Assembly (NCBI RefSeq): GCF_000189295.2 | Contig: NC_016803.1 | Span: forward strand, 990,001-1,022,000 | Direction of reading: 5' to 3' | DNA: 32,000 nt | Source of the DNA: Pseudodesulfovibrio mercurii | Lineage (GTDB): Bacteria; Desulfobacterota; Desulfovibrionia; Desulfovibrionales; Desulfovibrionaceae | In this document: positions 27,852 through 32,000 of the stretch, one piece after another | How the letters are laid out: every line of letters begins with the position of its first letter | Numbering within the stretch: the first letter of the stretch is position 1 | Translations under genes and position numbers: made by a program | The notes under the pieces: model-generated | The model's database searches: none | What the model was told of the DNA's origin: nothing | Seen by the model: the letters and a program-made list of their open reading frames with translations, nothing else

Positions 27852-28128
27852 CCCCCAACCGTTATCAGGAACCCACCCATTGAGAAAGGGTATGCTTTAG
27901 GGGGACGGGGGGCGGCTTTCGATAGCGGGCCATCCGCACATTTTTCCTGGGGGGCTTTCATCCTCACGTAGACGGCTACGCTGCGGTTGTCGCGGCCGGA
28001 AGAAAATGCACAGCTGACCCACTCTCGAAAGCCTAGTGCGAGCGCGGTAAAAGAGCCGCTGTCGGGTGCTGCGCACCCGAATCGCTCCAGAGGGAAAAGA
28101 CTGGAGACTTGCCGCGCCTGCACGCCCC

Positions 28129-28211
28129 TGCCGAAGGCACACAAAAAATTTGGAAGGGGGGTCCAGGGAGGAAACTTTTTCAAAAGTTTCCCCCCTGGCC
28201 GCCGGAGGCAT
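28129..28211 (+). repeat. Intergenic repeat family, copy C (compact unit)
   Basis: Head hairpin TGCC-GAA-GGCA followed by an A-run and TTTGGAAGG. The 36-bp palindrome at 28163-28198 is CCAGGGAGGAAACTTTT-TC-AAAAGTTTCCCCCCTGG. The tail GGCCGCCGGAGGCAT (28197-28211) is identical to copy B's tail. Confidence 0.75.
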
Positions 28212-28212
28212 T

Positions 28213-28251
28213 AAAAAAAGGCCGGGCTTCCCGAAGGGGGCCCGGCCTTTT
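28213..28251 (-). terminator. Rho-independent terminator of murA (bidirectional shape)
   Basis: GGCCGGGC (28220-28227) pairs with GCCCGGCC (28240-28247), with an inner CCC-GAA-GGG extension. The plus-strand A7 run (28213-28219) gives a U7 tail on the minus transcript. Confidence 0.8.
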
Positions 28252-28268
28252 ATTGATGATGGTATCCG

Positions 28269-29525
28269 TTAGCCCGCGACGCGTTTGATGCGGGCGCCGA
28301 CTCCGGAGAGTTTGGCTTCGATGTTTTCGTAGCCCCGGTCGAGATGGTAGATGCGTTCGATGGTGGTGGTGCCTTCGGCGGCCAGTCCGGCCAGGACCAG
28401 GGAGGCGCTGGCGCGGAGGTCCGAGGCCATGACCGGCGCGCCCTTGAGGGAGCCCACGCCCTTGACCATGGCAGTCCGGCCCTTGAGGCGGATGTCCGCG
28501 CCCAGGCGGACGAGTTCAAGGACGTGCATGAAGCGGTTCTCGAAGATTTTCTCCTCGATGGTCCCGATGCCCGTGCCGAAGCACATGAGGGCCATGAGCT
28601 GGGCCTGCATGTCCGTGGGGTAGCCGGGGTGCGGCAGCGTGGTCACGTCCACGTTTTCGAGCAGGCCGTTGGCCCGGCGGACCAGGACGTAGTTGTCCTC
28701 CTCCTGGAGCCAGACGCCCATTTCGCGGAGCTTGTAGCTGACCGCGTCCAGGTCCTGGAACGGGCAGTCCAGGATTTCGAGTTCACCGCCGGTGATGGCC
28801 GCGGCGACCATGTAGGTTCCGGCCTCGATGCGGTCGGGCATGATGCGGTAGTCGCAGCCGATCAGGGAGGACACGCCCTTGACGTTGAGCACGCTGGTGC
28901 CCTGGCCGGTGATCTTCGCCCCGCAGGCGTTGAGGAAGTTGGCCAGGTCCACCACTTCGGGTTCGCGGGCCGCGTTCTCGATCTCGGTCTCGCCGTCGGC
29001 CAGGGCCGCGGCCATGAGGATGTTCTCGGTGCCGCCCACGGTGGGGAAGTCCAGGGCGATGCGCGCCCCCTTGAGGCCGTTTTTGCAGCGCCCCTTGATG
29101 TACCCCTCGGTGATCTCGAACTCCGCGCCCATGCGCTCGAAGCCGCGCAGGTGCAGGTCCACGGGGCGCGCGCCGATGGCGCAGCCGCCGGGCAGGGCCA
29201 CCTTGGCCTCGCCGAGCCGGGCCAGAAGCGGGCCGAGGCAGAGAACCGAGGCGCGCATGGTCTTGACCAGGTCGTAGGGGGCCTCGGGCTTGAGGCCGGT
29301 GCACAGGCTGGTGGCCGCGTTGTCCTCGAAGGTGGTTTCGCAGCCGAGGATGTTGAGCAGCTTGAGGGAGGTACGGATGTCCGCCAGACGCGGAACGTTG
29401 GTCAGGGAGACCTTTCCTTCGGCCAGGAGACAGGCCATGAGTATGGGCAGGGCCGCGTTTTTCGCGCCGCTGACCTGAATGCTTCCCTGGAGCGGAACGC
29501 CGCCCTCGATGATAAGTTTATCCAT
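28269..29525 (-). CDS. murA: UDP-N-acetylglucosamine 1-carboxyvinyltransferase
   Basis: 418 aa from [29 protein letters not shown], with active-site loop [16 protein letters not shown]. The longer track ORF (to 29651) would run through tRNA-His. Confidence 0.95.
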   Translation of the reverse strand: MDKLIIEGGVPLQGSIQVSGAKNAALPILMACLLAEGKVSLTNVPRLADIRTSLKLLNILGCETTFEDNAATSLCTGLKPEAPYDLVKTMRASVLCLGPLLARLGEAKVALPGGCAIGARPVDLHLRGFERMGAEFEITEGYIKGRCKNGLKGARIALDFPTVGGTENILMAAALADGETEIENAAREPEVVDLANFLNACGAKITGQGTSVLNVKGVSSLIGCDYRIMPDRIEAGTYMVAAAITGGELEILDCPFQDLDAVSYKLREMGVWLQEEDNYVLVRRANGLLENVDVTTLPHPGYPTDMQAQLMALMCFGTGIGTIEEKIFENRFMHVLELVRLGADIRLKGRTAMVKGVGSLKGAPVMASDLRASASLVLAGLAAEGTTTIERIYHLDRGYENIEAKLSGVGARIKRVAG

Positions 29526-29550
29526 GTGTATCCTTTTTTGATTCTTTTGC

Positions 29551-29579
29551 TTGACCGGGGAATAAAGCTTGGTTACAAA
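29551..29579 (+). promoter_or_regulatory. Candidate sigma-70 promoter for tRNA-His
   Basis: TTGACC (29551-29556), a 17-nt spacer, then TACAAA (29574-29579), ~14 nt before the tRNA 5' end. Confidence 0.35.
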
Positions 29580-29592
29580 CTGCCCCTCACGC

Positions 29593-29669
29593 GGTGGGTG
29601 TAGCTCAGTTGGTAGAGCACCTGGTTGTGGCCCAGGGGGCCGAGGGTTCAAGTCCCTTCACTCACCCCA
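29593..29669 (+). tRNA. tRNA-His (anticodon GTG) with G-1 and encoded CCA
   Basis: G-GTGGGTG-TA-GCTCAGTTGGTAGAGC-A-CCTGG-TTGTGGC-CCAGG-...GGTTCAAGTCC...CACTCAC-C-CCA. The extra 5' G opposite discriminator C is the tRNA-His hallmark. Confidence 0.9.
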
Positions 29670-29675
29670 GACAGA

Positions 29676-30425
29676 CTAATTGGACGGAACTTCGGTTCCG
29701 TCCTTTTCGTTTTTCCGGCCCACGGAATCGGGCCTGTCCAGGAGCCCCAGCAACCGTTCCGCGCCGTGGGGGCGCACTTGCCTGTCGAACAGGATGGTCT
29801 CGGGGGCTCCGCCCTCCACGCCGGAAAAGGCCTGGTTCAGGGCGGTGCGGTTGGCGTAGCCGCCGGTGTTCAGGGCCATGCCCGCGTACAGGCCGGTCCG
29901 CTCGCCCACGAAAAAGATGTCGCCGGACTTGTAGAACTCGGGCGTCTCGTTGACCTCGAGGTCGGCGTTCAGGGCCACGATGCGGGCCTGGCCACGCAGG
30001 GCCGCGCCCTTTTCGAGGATGTAGCGGACGTCGTCGTCATGCATGATGAGCAGCAGGCCGGATTCCTTGGACACGCCCGCCTGGAGGCCCCAGCCCACCG
30101 AGGACTTGGACAGGAAGACCGGGCCGGTCCAGCCCGCGTCGGTGCGGGCTGCCAGGAGCGCGTTGCCGTGGCCGAGGGAGAAGATGAAGCTGACGTCGCC
30201 CACGGCCGGGATGATCATGATCCCCCGGGCGTCATGGAGCAGCTTGTGCAGGCGGCCGGTCTCGTCCTTTTCCAGGTAATGCGTAACCATGCCGGTGGCT
30301 TCGTCCACCAGCGCCTGGGCCGTGCCCCGGTTGGTGGCGGCCCCGTCGGAGGCCGTGACGGCGCATCCGGCCAGCAGGGCCAGACAGAGCGCGACGGACA
30401 GGATGTTCAATGCGCGAATCGGCAT
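29676..30425 (-). CDS. Lipoprotein with a SYLF (Ysc84/DUF500-like) lipid-binding domain
   Basis: 249 aa with signal peptide and lipobox MPIRALNILSVALCLALLAGC. The core GIMIIPAVG...GHGNALLAARTDAGWTGPVFLSKSSVGWGLQAGV resembles SYLF proteins. AAGG RBS upstream. Confidence 0.7.
   Translation of the reverse strand: MPIRALNILSVALCLALLAGCAVTASDGAATNRGTAQALVDEATGMVTHYLEKDETGRLHKLLHDARGIMIIPAVGDVSFIFSLGHGNALLAARTDAGWTGPVFLSKSSVGWGLQAGVSKESGLLLIMHDDDVRYILEKGAALRGQARIVALNADLEVNETPEFYKSGDIFFVGERTGLYAGMALNTGGYANRTALNQAFSGVEGGAPETILFDRQVRPHGAERLLGLLDRPDSVGRKNEKDGTEVPSN
29682..29715 (+). terminator. Rho-independent terminator of tRNA-His, embedded in the 3' end of the convergent lipoprotein CDS
   Basis: Stem GGACGGAAC (29682-29690), loop TTCG, stem GTTCCGTCC (29695-29703), followed by TTTTCGTTTTT. 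Confidence 0.7.
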
Positions 30426-30456
30426 AGCCTTGGCCTAAAGGGTGCGTTCCGACCTG

Positions 30457-32000
30457 TCAAGAACGTTTGCGCAGGCGGCGGGCATCGCCCACGCGCACGG
30501 TCAGTTTCTCCTTGTCGAAATATTCAAGGACCGGAATGAGATACTTGCGCGACAGCCCGGTCAGGTCCTTGAAGTCCGGGGCGGTCATCTCCTCGTGGTC
30601 GGCGAAGAAGCCGACGATGGCGTCGCGGATACCGGTCAGGGCCGGGGCGTGGTAGTACATGTCGTCCTTGATGCGCGTCAGCTCCCCCTGATCCTGGAGG
30701 ACCTTGAGCACGGGCATGGCCTGCTTGACGTCCATGCCGAGCGGTTCGAGCACGTCCTTGAGGTTGGGCGGGGTGGCCCCCCCTTCGGTGTAGGCGGACA
30801 GGATGGTCTCGCGGACCTTGGCCTGGTCCGAGGCCAGGGAGACCGTGTGGCCCTTGAGCCGGATGACCTCCTGCTCGGCCTCGATGTCGCCCTTCTTGAG
30901 CAGCCGTTCCAGGAGAAAATGCAAGAGCTTGGGCGGCAGGTTCCGGCCCCAGGACGAGGCCAGTTCGCCCCGCTGCACGCCGGGCTTCATGGATTCGCGG
31001 CGGTGAAAGTCCGCCAGGAAGTCGAGGAGCTCCGAGGACAGCCGCTCGGCCAGGGGGCCGCCCGCGTAGCGCCGGGCCTCCTTGTCGAAGAGCACGGCCT
31101 CCTGGCGTCCGCCGAGCACGCCCAGGGTCTTTTCCAGCCCCTTGGTTTCGAGGTTGGTCATGGTCAGCAGTTCGGCGAAGCTCACGCCTGCGGGCCCGGC
31201 CAGTTCCAGCTGGGCGGCGGCCACCTCCTCGGGCTTGTCCGAGGCCAGCTTGCGGAGCAGGTCCACGTCCCCGGAGAACCGCTTCACGCGGTGCCCGGAC
31301 GGGCAGATGACCCGCCCGCCCGCAAAGGCGCGCAGGGGGGAGAAGGAGCGCAGCACGATGCGGTCGCCCCAGACCCCGGCCATGGGCTCGCTGAAGCGGG
31401 CCTGGCACACGGCGGTCTCGCCGGGCGCAAGCTCGTCGCGGTCGAGCAGGTAGATGCGCGCCAGGACCTCCCGCGCGCCGTGGTGGAAATGGATTTCCTT
31501 GCGGTGCTTGAGGGGCAGACGCGAGGATTCGAGCACGGTCAGCTCGATGTCCCAGACATCGGACGGGAACAGGGTGCCGGGCCGGGCCAGGACATCGCCC
31601 CGGCGCACGTCGTCCACCTCGAGGCCCGCCAGGTTCACGGCGGTGCGCCGTCCGGCCTGGGCCGTCTCCACGGTCTCGCCGTGGGATTGCAGGCCGCGCA
31701 CCTTGGAGACGGTCTCGCCGGGGTACAGTCGGACGTCCTCGCCCACGGAGATGGAGCCGGAGATCATGGTCCCGGTGACCACGGTGCCGTGGCCCTTCAT
31801 GGTGAAGACCCGGTCAACGGGCAGCCGGAAGAGATCCGAGCGCCGCTTGGGCTTGAACTCGGCCACCAGTTTCCTGAGCGCGTCCTTGAGGGCGTCGAGC
31901 CCCTGGCCGGTGTGGGCGGACACGGGCAGGATGGGCGCACCGGCCAGGAAGGTCGGCTCCAGGTAGGCGGCCACCTCCTCCTGGACCATCTCCAGCCATT
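30457..32000 (-). CDS. selB: Selenocysteine-specific elongation factor SelB (domains II-IV; the N-terminal GTPase lies beyond the right edge)
   Basis: Contains FRLPVDRVFTMKGHGTVVTGT...VRGLQSHGE (EF-Tu-like domain II) and C-terminal winged-helix repeats ending APDFKDLTGLSRKYLIPVLEYFDKEKLTVRVGD. The frame stays open to the window edge (..WLEMVQEEV). Confidence 0.9.
   Translation of the reverse strand, partial: WLEMVQEEVAAYLEPTFLAGAPILPVSAHTGQGLDALKDALRKLVAEFKPKRRSDLFRLPVDRVFTMKGHGTVVTGTMISGSISVGEDVRLYPGETVSKVRGLQSHGETVETAQAGRRTAVNLAGLEVDDVRRGDVLARPGTLFPSDVWDIELTVLESSRLPLKHRKEIHFHHGAREVLARIYLLDRDELAPGETAVCQARFSEPMAGVWGDRIVLRSFSPLRAFAGGRVICPSGHRVKRFSGDVDLLRKLASDKPEEVAAAQLELAGPAGVSFAELLTMTNLETKGLEKTLGVLGGRQEAVLFDKEARRYAGGPLAERLSSELLDFLADFHRRESMKPGVQRGELASSWGRNLPPKLLHFLLERLLKKGDIEAEQEVIRLKGHTVSLASDQAKVRETILSAYTEGGATPPNLKDVLEPLGMDVKQAMPVLKVLQDQGELTRIKDDMYYHAPALTGIRDAIVGFFADHEEMTAPDFKDLTGLSRKYLIPVLEYFDKEKLTVRVGDARRLRKRS

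Noticed and set aside
27990-28125. Local resemblance to known RNA motifs: CCGGAAGAAAATGCACAGC versus the SRP RNA GGAA-loop region, GCGGTAAAAGAGCCGC and GAGGGAAAAGACTGGAG versus RNase P conserved blocks, and AGGGAA... versus the cobalamin riboswitch B12 box.
   Set aside because: Each match is only a few nucleotides. The flanking conserved blocks are missing (GAGGAAAGTCCGG and ACAGAACCCGGCTTA for RNase P, AGCAGCC pairing for SRP, CCCGCCACTG for B12). The length and context do not fit either.

Overview
This is a high-GC chromosomal segment, visibly above 60% G+C. Gene content and style suggest a Desulfovibrionaceae-like deltaproteobacterium (inference only). The window is almost fully coding and mostly on the minus strand.

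Genes from left to right:
- a truncated periplasmic solute-binding protein, a small ORF and tRNA-Ser(GGA)
- pyrD-pyrK (class 1B dihydroorotate dehydrogenase), divergent from a two-module U32-family protein
- a methyl-accepting chemotaxis protein
- a tightly packed five-gene string: kdsD-like, YkgJ-type Cys-cluster protein, PBP1A, PhzF-family isomerase and MIF-family tautomerase
- carB-purF
- an orphan feoA and a DUF523/DUF1722 protein
- an orphan gene resembling the distal half of a radical-SAM enzyme
- metG preceded by a PSP1/RicT-like gene
- a comEC, HDOD, MBL-hydrolase and CheY-like receiver string
- murA and tRNA-His(GTG)
- a SYLF-type lipoprotein and the 3' two-thirds of selB

I found no CRISPR array, transposase, integrase, prophage or recognisable defence genes.

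The least ordinary signals:
1. A family of structured G/C-rich palindromic intergenic repeats with four clear copies. One pair forms a 347-bp head-to-head dimer containing a 59-bp palindrome. Stem sequences differ between copies in a compensatory way.
2. A sigma-54-type promoter next to those repeats, driving the radical-SAM-like gene that lacks the Cys motif.
3. A bacterial MIF homolog translationally linked to PhzF and PBP1A.
4. An HDOD / HxHxDH metallo-hydrolase / receiver module.
5. An orphan FeoA behind a promoter-embedded 8-N9-8 palindrome.
6. A 274-bp hairpin-rich spacer upstream of comEC.

All functional calls come from reading the translations and motifs. No database search was possible.
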